Shown piece by piece: positions 51,300-64,000 of a stretch of DNA of 64,000 nucleotides. A model generated the notes under the pieces. It was not told where the DNA came from. It saw only the letters and a program-made list of their open reading frames with translations, and searched no databases. The position numbers and the translations under genes were made by a program. The first letter of the stretch is position 1, and the number at the start of each line of letters is the position of its first letter. Source of the DNA: Paragordius varius (lineage: Eukaryota > Animalia > Nematomorpha); contig OZ176054.1 in NCBI GenBank assembly GCA_964247055.1, positions 5,270,001 through 5,334,000 on the forward strand. Direction: 5' to 3'.

Positions 51300-52990
51300 C
51301 TTTAGTAGCCTTTAGCTCATATTACAATTAAATTTAAAAATAATTTTAAATTCTAAAAACCTCATTTCGAACTTTTTTGCGATTTTTTTACGTTGAATTT
51401 TTTTAAATCGCGAATAGGCAAATAAATGTTTATTATGGTTAGAAAATGTAAATAATTATCTTTATTAAACTTTCGAATCGCATTTAACTGGAAAAATTCT
51501 ATATTTATTGATTTTAAAATCAATTGAATTTAATCGTATTTGGAGCAGTCCCAATTTTAGACTCTAAAAGTTAGTGTAAAAATTATAAAGTTTTTTTCTA
51601 ATACAGGCGAATAATGTTTTTTTTTCTAGGATATTAAATTAACCCAATATGTGAAAAAATAATTAAGAGTTAACTTAAAATTCTAAAGTTATGGATATAT
51701 TTATTATCGAATTATTATATATAAGTGTTTTTATATTATCCTAAAGCCTATTTACGTTTCCTACATGCCATGAAGTACGGTTCAACAAAATTTTGCTAAA
51801 AATCAAATTTTGAAAAAGAATTATTTTTTAATATATTTTACTTGAAGAAAATTATTGCATATTTCCATTAGTTTAATCGGATTGCGTTTGTTTTAACACT
51901 CTATTACCTTTTGGGGTAATTTTATACCCAAAACCATTTGAAATTTAAATATCTTAAAAAGTATTTAAGCTAGCCCAAATTTAGAAATATGCTTTTCTTA
52001 GTCTTTTAGGCAATACAAAAATTTTTTTTATAAAAAGCAAAATTTTAAAAATCATCATCTCAAACTTTTTTGCCGCCATTTTTTTCTATAAATTTTTTAA
52101 ACCGCTAATGCAACAAGCAAATAAATGTATATTATGGTTGGGTATTAATAATTAATTAAAAAGCTTCAGGCTACATTTTACCAGCAAAAGCTTGTATTTT
52201 GATTATAATATCAGCTGTATTCGTGTTTTGGAGCTGTCCCAGTTTTAGTCTCTTGAAGTCACAACTGTTGAAAATATAAGTTTTCATATATGTTTGATAA
52301 AATTTAACTAAAATAACTTTTAAAACTATAGTTTATTTACAAAATTAAGCTCTTAGATCTAAAAATATAATGAAAACTAGGACAAAAAATCAAAAGGTAA
52401 TGTTAAAATAACCTACCCACTTAAACGAATAAATAAATTTGAAACGTTTGTCGTTACTAAATATTTTATGGAGTTTATTATATAATATTTAGAAAATGTC
52501 CGCGAATTATGCTATTTTCCTTATATGAAGCACTTACCACAAAAGTATAAATAACTTTCTTAAATCACTTAGGGTTTAAACCAAAAGCACCATGATCCAA
52601 ATATATTTACCCATCACACGGCATCCGAATATATTCTGATAGTAAAATGTGTCAGTATCATCATGGTGCTTTTAGTTTAGGCCCTTACAATTGATATAAG
52701 AAAGTTATTTACACTTTTGTGGTAATTGTCCGTATCAGAAAATGGCAAAATTTGCCATCTTTTTTTAATCAAAATCTTTGGTGAATAAATGCTTTATTCC
52801 AAAAAATATCACAAAAATATCACAAAAATATTCACAACCTAGTTTAAAAAGCAAAACAATATTCTGTAAAAAAATTATTTTTTAGATGTGGGCTTGGCCA
52901 AATTTTGCTTTCCAGAAGTGGGCTAGTTTTCTTAAAAAAGGCAAAATGCAGGGATTGCGCAATAAAAATTTTCAAGATAGATATGAACGG
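51300..52990. repeat. Repeat family B, fold-back arrangement centred near 52620
   Basis: AAAAGCACCATGAT (52585) faces ATCATGGTGCTTTT (52660); the flanks match 31800-33050. Confidence 0.6.
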
Positions 52991-53002
52991 TATAAAATAG
53001 AT

Positions 53003-55287
53003 CAGTGGTACTCACTAAAAAATTTGACGGGCCAAATAAAATATAAAATTTTTTCACCATAAACCTTTTAATGGCAAATATTCCATAGCTATATGACACA
53101 TATGCACATATTTATAATCTAAATCAGCACAATGAATTTTTTGCGGATCGTATGTAAATCCAACTAAAAACTCGTTTTGCACCATTTAGTTTAAAAAAAT
53201 AAATATTTTGATGACAACATTTATTTTGATATCCAATAACATTTGACAAATTTGGTTTCGCCTCATAAGAGGCCAAATTTAATACGTCGTCCATATGATC
53301 ATCGGTTAAGCGATTTCTTTATATATTCTTGACATAATTCATTTTAGAATATGCCGTTTAACACGTGTAAGTTGAGGGGAAAACAGTTGGGATAACTTGA
53401 GCACATTTTTTTATATTTTCATATTTATTTGACACCCACAACTATACACATCTTTCTTCCCTACGATTCTCCTTGAATATTTCAAATTGGCTTTTTAAAA
53501 TCTACGAATTCTTCAATGATATGCGACTGATCAAAACCGTCCATATGCCATGGACTTGAGTTTTAAGCATCTAACATTTCTTAATTCTTGAAATCTGAAT
53601 TACGAATTTCATCTCATTAGATCAAAATGTAAAATGATTGTCTATTTTAAATTAATCTCGGCGATAAATTCCATATTTTCGTGTTGGAAATTTTCTTCAA
53701 TAGCAAATATTTCATTAGCAAATTGGGTTATTATTTTCCTTCCTTGAAGACTTGTATGAAAAATTTTAAATTTATAAGTAATGTAGCAAAGGTAGGCTAA
53801 TAAAACCCACCATTTGTCATTATTAATTTCCTCTTCAATCTTTTAAAAATAATAGAATTTCGTGTCTTAAAACAAAAAATCTATTTAATACTTTGCTAAG
53901 GCTTAGACATCTCACAGCGGTGTACAAAAGAATATCATCAAATTCACTGTAAATATCTTTCAGAAGGTTTTTGAATTTATGGCTATTGAATTCTCTGTCA
54001 TATCCACAACCGTTATAATTACTAATACGCGTGAAACCAAGTTTTGCTGATGAATAAAGCAGTGAAAGGATAAAATATTTTGTAATTATATTTGATTTCA
54101 AAATATGAATAAATCCTTTGTTTATTCCTATCATAGGGGCCATCTGTGCGAAAAAAGTGCTAATTATTTCGAGAAAATCTCTTCCTATGGTATTATTGAT
54201 TGGTAAAAATTTTTAATAATTCCAGTTGGTTATGTTGTCGTGGCAAAATCTCACGAAGAGCGCACATGTTTTGAACTAATATTAGTACTAGAATCAATAT
54301 CAAAAAATATATGCAGTTTTTGAGAGCCAATAATGTATTGTTAAAAATATATTTAGAAATATCTTTAATGCGTCGAGCACATGTTGAATCAGAAAGTTGA
54401 AGTTTTTTAATTTGCCTCGTGATTTAATCTTTATTATGGAATTTATCAAATAAAAAACTGCAAACATTTATTAGACATTCTTTTATTAGTTGGGAATCGT
54501 AAACGTCATATTTTTCCTAAATATAGAGAATTTTATACGAGCTTTTTCCTGGGAGAAAGTTTTAGGCATAATAGATTTTTCTTTTTGGTATAAGTCCTTA
54601 ATCCTTTTATATTTTTCATTACTTTCCTCATGATTTTCTGGTATTTTAATGATGGATTGTTAAATAAATGTTTTTCAATATTGTATATTTTTATAATTAT
54701 GTTGTCCTCACATATAAGGCAGATAACAAAATTTTTATTTAAAACGACAAAGAATTTTCTTTCCCATTTTTTAAAAGAGCAATTTTCATCGGATAATTAA
54801 CGTTTTTTAGGATTAGAATTCATCCTTTAAATTTATGTTTAGATATTATGTGAATTTTCTAAAAAAAATAGGAATATAATTTGAATTATGCTAAAAAACA
54901 GGTCGAAATTGAATAATGTTGATTTGAGTTATAAAAAGGATGCAGTATAGCAATGAAAAGAATATGATGCAAGTTTGGGTGAAAGGCTTGCTTAAATGCA
55001 AAAAGGGAATGCAATAAAAATTTCAAAATAGAAAAGAAAATGTAATAATACAGAAACAGAAATAACATGTGCCAAATTTTTGAAATCATTTTAATGTAGA
55101 GAAATTTTTCTACATTTCAAATTGGGTAAATAAAAAAACCTAATTTAAAGAATAAATGAGTATTCAAATAAGCGAGAATTAGTTTATGTGTATTTTAAAA
55201 ATTCATCGATAAAAAATTTATTCAAGTATCAATATGGCCATATGGCAATTTTAAAGCACTCCTAGGGCCGCGGGTTGAGTACCACTG
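53003..55287 (-). mobile_element. Decayed hAT (Buster/SPIN-like) transposon
   Basis: TIRs CAGTGGTACTCA...TGAGTACCACTG; flanks AAATAGAT / AAATCAAT (6 of 8 match, possible decayed 8-bp TSD); transposase remnant FDDILLYTAVRCLSLSKVLNRFFVLRHEI (cf. RWLSRG). Confidence 0.85.
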
Positions 55288-55599
55288 AAATCAATATTAA
55301 AAAATATCCGTATATATAATTTAATGAGTCTGAACATTTCCATAGCACCATTATCAAAATATAAAGGTTGGTTTGGGGAATTTTTATAAAACTCCATTTA
55401 TATTTAACACAAATTTGAAGGCGAATATTTTAATCGAAATTCTAAGGCAACAAAAATGTTTAGCATCATTGAATCATATATAAAAAGTGATTAATATCTT
55501 AAAGCGTTTTTATACCGTTTCCTTCCTTCCTCAAACTAATAAAAAATAGGCTTCAAGAAAATTTTATTAAAAATTATATTTTTAAGAAATGGATGTAAT

Positions 55600-56010
55600 T
55601 GTTAAAAAATATTTTGAGTTGATATAAAATTTTAGCATATCTTTAAAAATTTTATCCCACATGCGTTCCGTGTTTTTTAGTGAACTAGCCTAGTTTTGAA
55701 AAGCGAAATGTTTGCGACTTTCCAAGCCCACGTATAAATATTAATTTTTAAAAATCCCTGCTTTGCTTTTGAAAGTAGATTTTTATATATTTTTATGATA
55801 TTTTTTGATAAACATTTATTCACCAATAAATTTTATTTAAAAAAATATGCGCAAATTTTGTCATTTTCTGATACTGAGCACTTACCATAAAAGTGTAAAT
55901 AACTTTCTATATCACTTGTAAGTGACCTAAACTAAAAGCATCATGATGATCTTGATACATTCTCCTATCAAAATATATGGATTTAAAATATTTTTTGGTG
56001 GACATGTCAT
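55600..56010 (-). repeat. Repeat family B copy
   Basis: Reverse complement of ~32640-33050. Confidence 0.6.
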
Positions 56011-57023
56011 AATATATATATTTTAGCATGATATTCTCCCCTTCCCGATTTAGGACGCAATGTATATTTAATCAGGATTTTTCTCTCCCTTTGGGCAGTG
56101 TATTTAACGGTTCCTATACTTCCCGATTTTATTCACTGTATAATTTGGTGTCAAATTTTTGACTATTGATTTTATGATGTATAATACCAATAAAATTTAT
56201 ATAGTCAAATTCAAGGGAAAGAGTTATATAAAAAACGACTTAATCCTAAGCGAAATAAATTAAAAACTTCATAATTTCGAATGTTAGCAGAAATTGCTAA
56301 AAGTCAATTTTTTAAAAAATCTTTCTTTGTACATTGGATAGGGTTTGGCCCCTGACAAATTTAAAAAATGGTTTTCACGTGTTTATAAACGAATTAATTA
56401 ATTTCACTTTGAATTAGAATACATACATGTTTTTGAAAATATTTAGGCCAATATTTTTTGATATTCTTGTTATATAGTGGGGCTGAACTAATTCTTATGC
56501 TTAAATTACGACTCATTTTCCACGATGACGTAAACAAAATTTATCAACACAGAAATTGGGCTAATACACGTGTGCTTAATATTAATCGTTTGCGAGCTGC
56601 AATCCTTAAATAACTAATGAGCCGCCTAAAAAAATAGAATGGGATTTAATAAATTATTTATTGGATTTACGTAAAACACTACTATTTTATCAATTTTTGA
56701 TTCAAAGTTCGGAAAGTTTCAAATTGTTAACAAGAATTTTCCTACAAAAAGAGTTTTCTGCAAATATAGCGTAGTTTTCTAATTCTTTTGTAGAACACAT
56801 TTCGCTCGCGCAACACCAGTGGTTCAACATTGAGAATGCCTCAATGTGGAAATTATGATAATTCTTAAAATATTATTACAAAATTGATGCAAACACAAGC
56901 TTAATTTAAGAATGGCTCTCATTAAAAAATGACTTAAGCACATTCTACATACCTATAAGTTAGAAAATTTATCAAGAAATTTAGGCACTATGAGCCTTTT
57001 TTAGTTAAAACCATTTGTTAAAA

Positions 57024-60000
57024 ATGTCTGATTTTGATTGGGAGAAACTCACGGTAAATGATTTGAAAACCGAATTACAAAATCGAGGTCTTCCAACATC
57101 TGGACGCAAAATCGATTTAATTAATCGTATTAAAAATTCAGGTATTATACATTTAATATCCAGGTGATAATTCTGTAAACGAGGATTTAGAACCAGTTTT
57201 AACAGATGTGAGAGAAGGTTATTTTTATGTTATAATTTTTAGAAGCATCGGAGAACACAATGGTAACTGAGAATTCTATATTACAAAATGGAGAAAAAGA
57301 ATTAATAGAGGAATCTGTAGATATTAAATTTACTATGGAAACAGAAACCGCTACTAGCAGCGCACATTTATTAGAAACACCCGAGACCGAAAATATTATT
57401 GATGAAAAACAAATAGAGGTTAATGAAACAAATGGTTTGCATAATGAATTAGTTGAAGATTCCAATACATCTTTAAATACTGATGATTTAATACAAAATG
57501 AAAAAACTTCAAACGATAATAATACAAATGAATCCGTCACACAAAACCATAATGACGAAAATATTGACCAGGGCGATTTAAAACCCAAAAACGAGCCTGA
57601 GAAAACACAAACAGTTGCCGAAGAATCTAACCAAAATAAGGAACCTCGAATAAGTTTTAATTATTATCTAATATAAGATTCAAGATACCGTACATTAATT
57701 ATCAAAAATGTGTCAGATATAATAATCCAGGATGTTAAATCTCTTTTGACACAATCTGAATCATATATGATGAGATTTGCTAATTACGAAAAATTACCTC
57801 ATAAATTTGGGTAAATAATATTTTTTGTACAAAATTTTTTATTTTATTTGGCTAAATTAATCGGGTTGATATTTAGGATTACTTAATTAAAGCCTATTCA
57901 CCATAAAAAGCAATTATAAAATTATTGGAATATGATATAATTTAGTGTCAATTTTAATGAATTTCATCTTAATGCCATATTATTTTTACAAATTCTAAAT
58001 TTAATAAGTGTTAAAAATTAAAAAGCATAATTTATGAATGGATTAAGCGATTTATAATACTCAATCATCATAAAGGGTACTCCAGATTCGGAGTGTTCGT
58101 ACCACGAAGTAATTCATAATATTTATACCTCATAGTAATCTGAAGCGATTTTTTACGTAACACATGCCCTTGTGTACAACTAATGATTTTACAGATTATT
58201 TGAAACTGGCCTGGCCTTTGCAATATAATTATTTAAATTTTGAAATGCTATTCATTTATAAATAATTTAAATATTTATGTTTTTTCAAGCAGCAAATAAT
58301 AATTACCGATGGTGATTTTTTTATTTTGTCGAATACTAATACTTTGTTGGTGCACATATATTATTTATGTTATGGTTAATTTATTTATATTTTTGATTTT
58401 AAAATTTCATAAATTACTAGGATTGTGGCGATTAAATAAATGTTTAACGTTTTGATTAATCATCAATTTAAAAAATCTCTAAAAACTCTAAGCCATTAAT
58501 TTTGTGATTTTTTCCAAATTTAATAGGTGTATAGAGTTTCTCTTCCGATCGATACAAGAAACCAAAGATGCTGTTGAAATGTTAAAGAATGTAAAAATTG
58601 ATGACAAACAGCTTGAGTTAGAACATCACTATGAAGGTTTTTTTTATTTTTTAACGCCCCTTTTTAGAAGAAGAAAAGCGCCAATTGGCCAAAGGTAAAT
58701 TTTTCCTTATAAAATAACTTCAGCCAAGGAATTGCGAACAGTATATATAGGTAATTTACCAAATTCCACTACGAAAGAAATGCTTTTTGTGATATTCAAC
58801 AAGGCAAAAGACATTGAAATGCCTCTAGATAATACGAAGAAACCCAAAGGGTAATAGTTTACTTGTTTATTCAGACAAAAGTAACTTTTTAATTCCAAAG
58901 TTTTTTTAATCAAAATCAACATTTTTTTGATATAAACGTAACATGATATTCAATTAAACTCTCCTAACCAAAAACCACCTATTTCATTTTATGCCCATAA
59001 TTATAATGTTTTTTTATTGTATATTAGTCACGCCTTTCTCGAGTTTGAAAGCGAAGATGAAGCCAAAAAGGCTCTTGTCGATTATGCCGGAGTTACGATT
59101 GATGATGGAGAAGCGTCTCGGAAATTGATATTAAGACCATTTCATCCAAGTTTCCTTTTACGTTTTTATTATGTGTGTGTATAGCTACTCATAGATCTCC
59201 ACCCCCTTACAAAAGGAGAAATAGTCCCCGAAGATATGAAGGTATAGTGTAACAAATAAAACTACTAGTTTAAAAATTAGGGCCAACGATTTAAAATTTA
59301 ATAAAATACTTGGAACTGTTAATAATTTCCCCTTATAAAAATACTACGGTTTATATCCGCATTTTTAGTTAAAGGCTTTTTTCATAATCTTATTTTTCAA
59401 GACAGAGTAGTTAAGATGTGGTTTAATTAGCAGAGATTTACGTTCGCATATTGTTAAATTTATTATTTTCTCAAGAAAATAACTGATGAATTTTTGTCTT
59501 AATAGTTCGATTTTTTTATCCGCATTTTAAGTTGGTTTTATTAATAATCCCTTTTTTACAAAATAACTTTAGTTGTTTAAATAGCAGGTTAAGTTTTTGC
59601 ATTGGCATTTTTTTATTAATTCAATGCAGAATTAATTCCACTAAAAATATTCTATTAACAAAATAGGATGCAATCATTATTATAATATTTTTATTTGCTA
59701 GATAAATCTAAACACACTCCAAGATACGAACGAATGGTAAATAATTTTTGATATAACCAAAAATGTAGAACAATAGCAATCGAAAACCGCCTATGAGTAG
59801 CGAGAGTCCGTATTACTCAAAATACAGACGACCGGAAAAAAGTGACAACTTCGGTATAAACCCACATGCGGCAATGAATCTTATAATGGGTGTTAGTCGA
59901 TTAATAAGGTAAAATTCATGAGCAAAAACACATTTATTTTATGTTAACAATACTACTAACGTAACTGAAAATAAAGTGAAATGTGAAAAATAGCCTTCGC

Positions 60001-60361
60001 CGATAGTATTCGCAGACTAATCACGTGCTTTGACTTGGACATTTATACATATTATTTCGAACTTCAATTCAATTTTGATATATAACACGAAATATATTAA
60101 CATACACACTAGGTTTAACCCTAGATTTCGAGCGTATATACTATAATTATCAGTATATACTTAAATTACTTATATATTTTACATTTAATCACTTTTATTA
60201 TGCCGATTATAAAAGTACGTTTTTTATTTTTTATATCTGAATTATTTTTTAGCCAACAACAAAGCTATCCACCTGATGATTTTAGGTCCAGGAATTCGGA
60301 TGTCTCAAACTCTCGATATCGTGATGATTATAACAGGAATCATAAAAGATCCCGAAGATAA
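57024..60361 (+). CDS. SAP-domain + acidic linker + 2 RRM + Arg/Ser-rich tail protein; exons 57024-57141, 57164-57217, 57243-57653, 57678-57810, 58527-58636, 58668-58694, 58724-58850, 59028-59149, 59185-59241, 59702-59736, 59769-59908, 60253-60361
   Basis: SAP KLTVNDLKTELQNRGLPTSGRKIDLINRI; RRM RTVYIGNLP...KPKGHAFLEFESEDEAKKAL (nucleolin-like). A phase-consistent GT-AG chain runs to TAA at 60359-60361. Orthology unresolved. Confidence 0.8.
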
Positions 60362-60992
60362 TACACAAACGCACATTTAGTTTTTATGTAATTTATGTAT
60401 AAAATTTAATAAATTTATTTTCGTTAATTGAATCGTTTCTTACTATTTTGAAGGTATGAGATGAGATCTAAAATCATACATACATAAAATAGTGATAAAA
60501 ATATATGTGGTTGTTGAGATTTATAAGTTATAATAATGTAAGGTTTTAGTATAATCCAGTGGTTTCCAACCTACATGGGGCATTTTGAATCAAAAATCTG
60601 CAGACGGCATTCAAAAAAATATATGGTTATTATGAGTATTTTATTAAATTTCAAACATACGAGTGTGAAAAATTGCAAAACAATATAATTAGAAATTATT
60701 TCACCAATTTTTGCTAGCTATTTGCCAATCGAAAAGACTTATTCCAAAACTTTGTTCAAGAAATATCAATTTTACTATATTTTAAGCTTTTTTTTGTAAA
60801 TTATAAAGTTTTATATTTATTTGGTAATTTATCAAATTTTTCGCGAGGCGCCTTTAGTACACTGACCTAAATGCTTTATATGTTTATTAACAACCTTTCA
60901 AAAATCAAAAACGAATAATTAATATATATAACTATCAAAATAAATATAAATTAGATGGTAAAATAAATCAGAGTACAGTTTTATGGGTTCTA

Positions 60993-61817
60993 TTAATGAA
61001 GCCAAATAATCATCTGAATCATTTTTTTTACAAAACGTTTAATAGGTTCCAAATTAAGTCCAAGACTTATATTAACCAAATTTGCTGTGTATATAATTTG
61101 TTTAATAAAAAATAATATAAATTTATGTAACCGAAAAGGTTTTTCTTTTTGTTTTCCCAAATTGTTAATTATAGTGTCAGCTGTTTCGTAAGCATCATAC
61201 ATGGTGGTGGTTAAATCTCCAACTGCTCCATATTTAATCCAACCCGAACAGTATAAATCTTAAAAAAAATTCATATTTATATTATCTTTTATAAATTAAA
61301 AATAATAAGTTTTCAATCAAAAAGTAAATAGTCCTTATTAAAAACAATACATATTTGAACTAAAATATGATTCAAATGTTGGATCCATTTTTTTAAATAT
61401 ATATTCCATTTACCAGTTTTCAAAAAAATAGAAAAAAGAATCGCAAAAAAATTTACTTTCAAATCCATCTACCTTTCCCCTTTCATTTGAGATTTTATAG
61501 TTATTGACAAGCAGGACTTCATCATCTATATTATGTCCGTGAAATCCAATCGACTTTATAACCTAAAATAATTAATTTTATTGAAAAACTTACTGTATCG
61601 CATGGAATAATTTGTTCATTTTCAAGGTTATCCTAAACATTTACTAACAACATGTAAAAAACTTTATATAAGACTCCAGTTACATGGTTATCCGAATTAT
61701 TGATGATAGCAATAGGTTTCATGTGATATTTTACATAAATGGTTTCATTGCCGGAAACTTCGCCCAAAATTTTGACCATAAGATCTCTCAAACGTGATTT
61801 AGCTCTTGGTAATTCAA
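60993..61817 (-). CDS. FDXR: NADPH:adrenodoxin (ferredoxin) reductase-like gene, 3' exons only (61817-61663, 61632-61594, 61562-61457, 61258-~60993)
   Basis: ELPRAKSRLRDLM (cf. PRPRKRLTELL), IPCDTVIKSIGF (cf. LPCGLVLSSIGY), LYCSGWIKYGAVGDLTTTMYDA (cf. LYCSGWVKRGPTGVIATTM). The 5' exons and the exact 3' end are unresolved. Confidence 0.72.
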
Positions 61818-63576
61818 CTGTAAAAATATGAGGCAGTTAAACAAAATCATTTACAACAATTAGATAAAATATAACATAAAATAATTTTGATATGATACAA
61901 GATCGGAACAAAAAAATGATATGACATCATTGAATGGTAAATTTGGGTTTTTCACTTTCTCTGTTTGATCATAAAAAGGAAATCTTAAAATAATGGTGGG
62001 AATTTTTTCCCTACTTTGAGATACCCCTAAAAAACATTTTTTCTCAAAGACTATTATAATAATCAAAATATTTTTCAAAGGCTTTAAATTTTTTTTGGAG
62101 GCACGATAAACCCAATTAACCTGTATATAGAGATAAATAGGTTCAATGTCAGTTGTTATAAGGACTTGATCATCATTAATTTTTAAAGTTTAATCTTTTT
62201 ATATTAAAAATTAGAGTCTAAAGATATGTTCATTTAACAAAATGGTACACACTATTAAATGGAAACATATTTATATTTTAAAAACACGAATTATAAAATA
62301 ACAGTTTTAAAATTAAAATTTAGCGCCATTCCAAATCATCAGTTTACCCCCTTTAACATCTATTTACCTCTTGAAAATAGTTTAAACTCAAAAAACATCA
62401 CCTTATTTTTGTACGAACCTATGTTAAAAAATAGAGAACTGTGTACGTTGAAATATAGATAAATTATTTTTCATGTGATAAAAAAACGGTTTGGGCCTTA
62501 TACGATTTGTATGATTGGTTTCAAATCCTAATATATGCCGGATTATGAATTTTGAAAGGATGCGATATACATATTATTTTTTATCCCCTTGGAGCAAAGT
62601 ACTACCATAACATTGGACAACAAATTTTTCTGCCACTATTTTTTGCATTTTCTAATATTTACCATCATTTTAACAGTAAATCTGAAATAAAAATTATAAC
62701 TTCACCTAAAAATTTTGTATAATTTGATTTTTTTGTTATGCGGCCTCTTTATCAACATTTTACTAAAAATGTTTTTCTTTGAAAATATACAAGAAATGCC
62801 CATTTGTAATATATCATTCGAAAGAGTAATAAAAACTCTATAAAATGCATACTAATATGTTTTACATCGATAGTTAATATTGGACATAGAGAGCGAGAAA
62901 CGCGCGAAGAAGAGCGTTTTTAATTAATATATTTTTAAAACTAATGGATGAAAATAGCTCAAACTTTGTCTAGATGGTGAATGTCCAAAAAAGATAACAA
63001 GAAAGTTTTTTTGATTAAAACATTTTTTTATTGCTTTTATGTCACTTAAAAGAGCCATTTTAATTTTTGTTTTTCAAAAAATTTCCATCTCATCAATATT
63101 AATTTATTTTATTTACGAGGCTTATAATATCAAAAATTTGATGGCAAAAACTAAGTTTAAGGTATTTTTGATCTTTTATAGCCATTATGTAATAAATTTA
63201 CAATTATAACTATGCATTTTAGTATCCACTAAGTAAAATAATTATGATAAAAATAATTTTTATCAAAAAAGCAAACAAAAGCTTTTTCAAAGAGTTTTTT
63301 AAATATAACCCTAATAATCATATTAAAATAATTTATATCATTTTCAAATTAGTTTGTCTGTGAAAATTTTTGAATTATTTAAGGGTTGAAAATTTCGACC
63401 ATATAAACCCAAATAACATTTAAATCCCATTCATTTAAACGACTTACGACCATTTAGAGATAGAGTTTTTTGCGCTCTTTCGAACGATATAAATTAAATG
63501 GCTTTCTATCTATTTTAATTTTGAAAATTTCGAGATGTTAAATCGGGGCCAAAAATTATCGATAAACTGTAATATA

Positions 63577-63944
63577 TACCATTTACAGTTCAAATTCACC
63601 CTTGAACCATTCAAATTCACCCTCGAACAATTCAAATTCACCCTTGAACAATTCAAATTCACCCTCGAACAATTCAAATTCACCCTAAAAATAAATTATG
63701 TGTTTTCGAACTAATATAACTCATTATTAGTATAAAATATATCTTTTTGGCATAATTAATTATTTTTTTCAGTAATATTTTAATTTAAAACAAAATTTTA
63801 TTTTTTAAAAATATAAAAAAATATAGGTAATTTTTAATCTTAAAAAAAATGTTATTTATTTGAGGGTGAATTTGAATTGTTCGAGGGTGTTGAATTGTTC
63901 AAGAATGAATATTGTTTAAGGGTGAATTTGAACTGTAAATGGTA
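63577..63944. mobile_element. TA-flanked CCATTT-end MITE with 20-bp subterminal tandem repeats
   Basis: TA|CCATTTACAGTTCAAATTCACCC...GGGTGAATTTGAACTGTAAATGG|TA with about 5 copies of TTCAAATTCACCCT(C/T)GAACAA. A matching right end is also seen at ~83-108. Confidence 0.85.
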
Positions 63945-64000
63945 TAAAAAAATCTTAGGTGTTAGACCAATTTTCTTTTTGGATATACTATTTATGTACT

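Overview
Very AT-rich, intron-containing nuclear DNA from an animal, judged by ELAV, HS3ST and CCDC6 homologues; spliceosomal introns of only 21-32 nt suggest a reduced lineage, but the taxon cannot be fixed from sequence alone. Host genes reconstructed by hand from GT-AG splicing and remembered homology: a heparan sulfate 3-O-sulfotransferase (+), one isolated ELAV/Hu exon (-), DHX8/PRP22 (+, 21 exons), CCDC6 (-), a tightly packed trio CHCHD1 (+) / mitochondrial EF-Ts (-) / PUS3 (+), a SAP + 2xRRM protein (+) and the 3' exons of an adrenodoxin-reductase-like gene (-). The rest is mostly transposon debris: a TTAA-flanked piggyBac-like MITE family (5 copies, one nested in another), two non-autonomous Helitrons (one with an alternating ~165-bp tandem array), hAT remnants, two decayed Ty3/Gypsy elements, RTE-like LINE remnants and several fold-back or TIR elements. 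No CRISPR, rRNA or intact tRNA gene was seen. The most striking pattern: in all four genes with a full multi-intron model, introns 1-3 are 21-31 nt and intron 4 jumps to 234-3444 nt. All homology calls are from memory, not database searches, and repeat boundaries are approximate unless termini are quoted.
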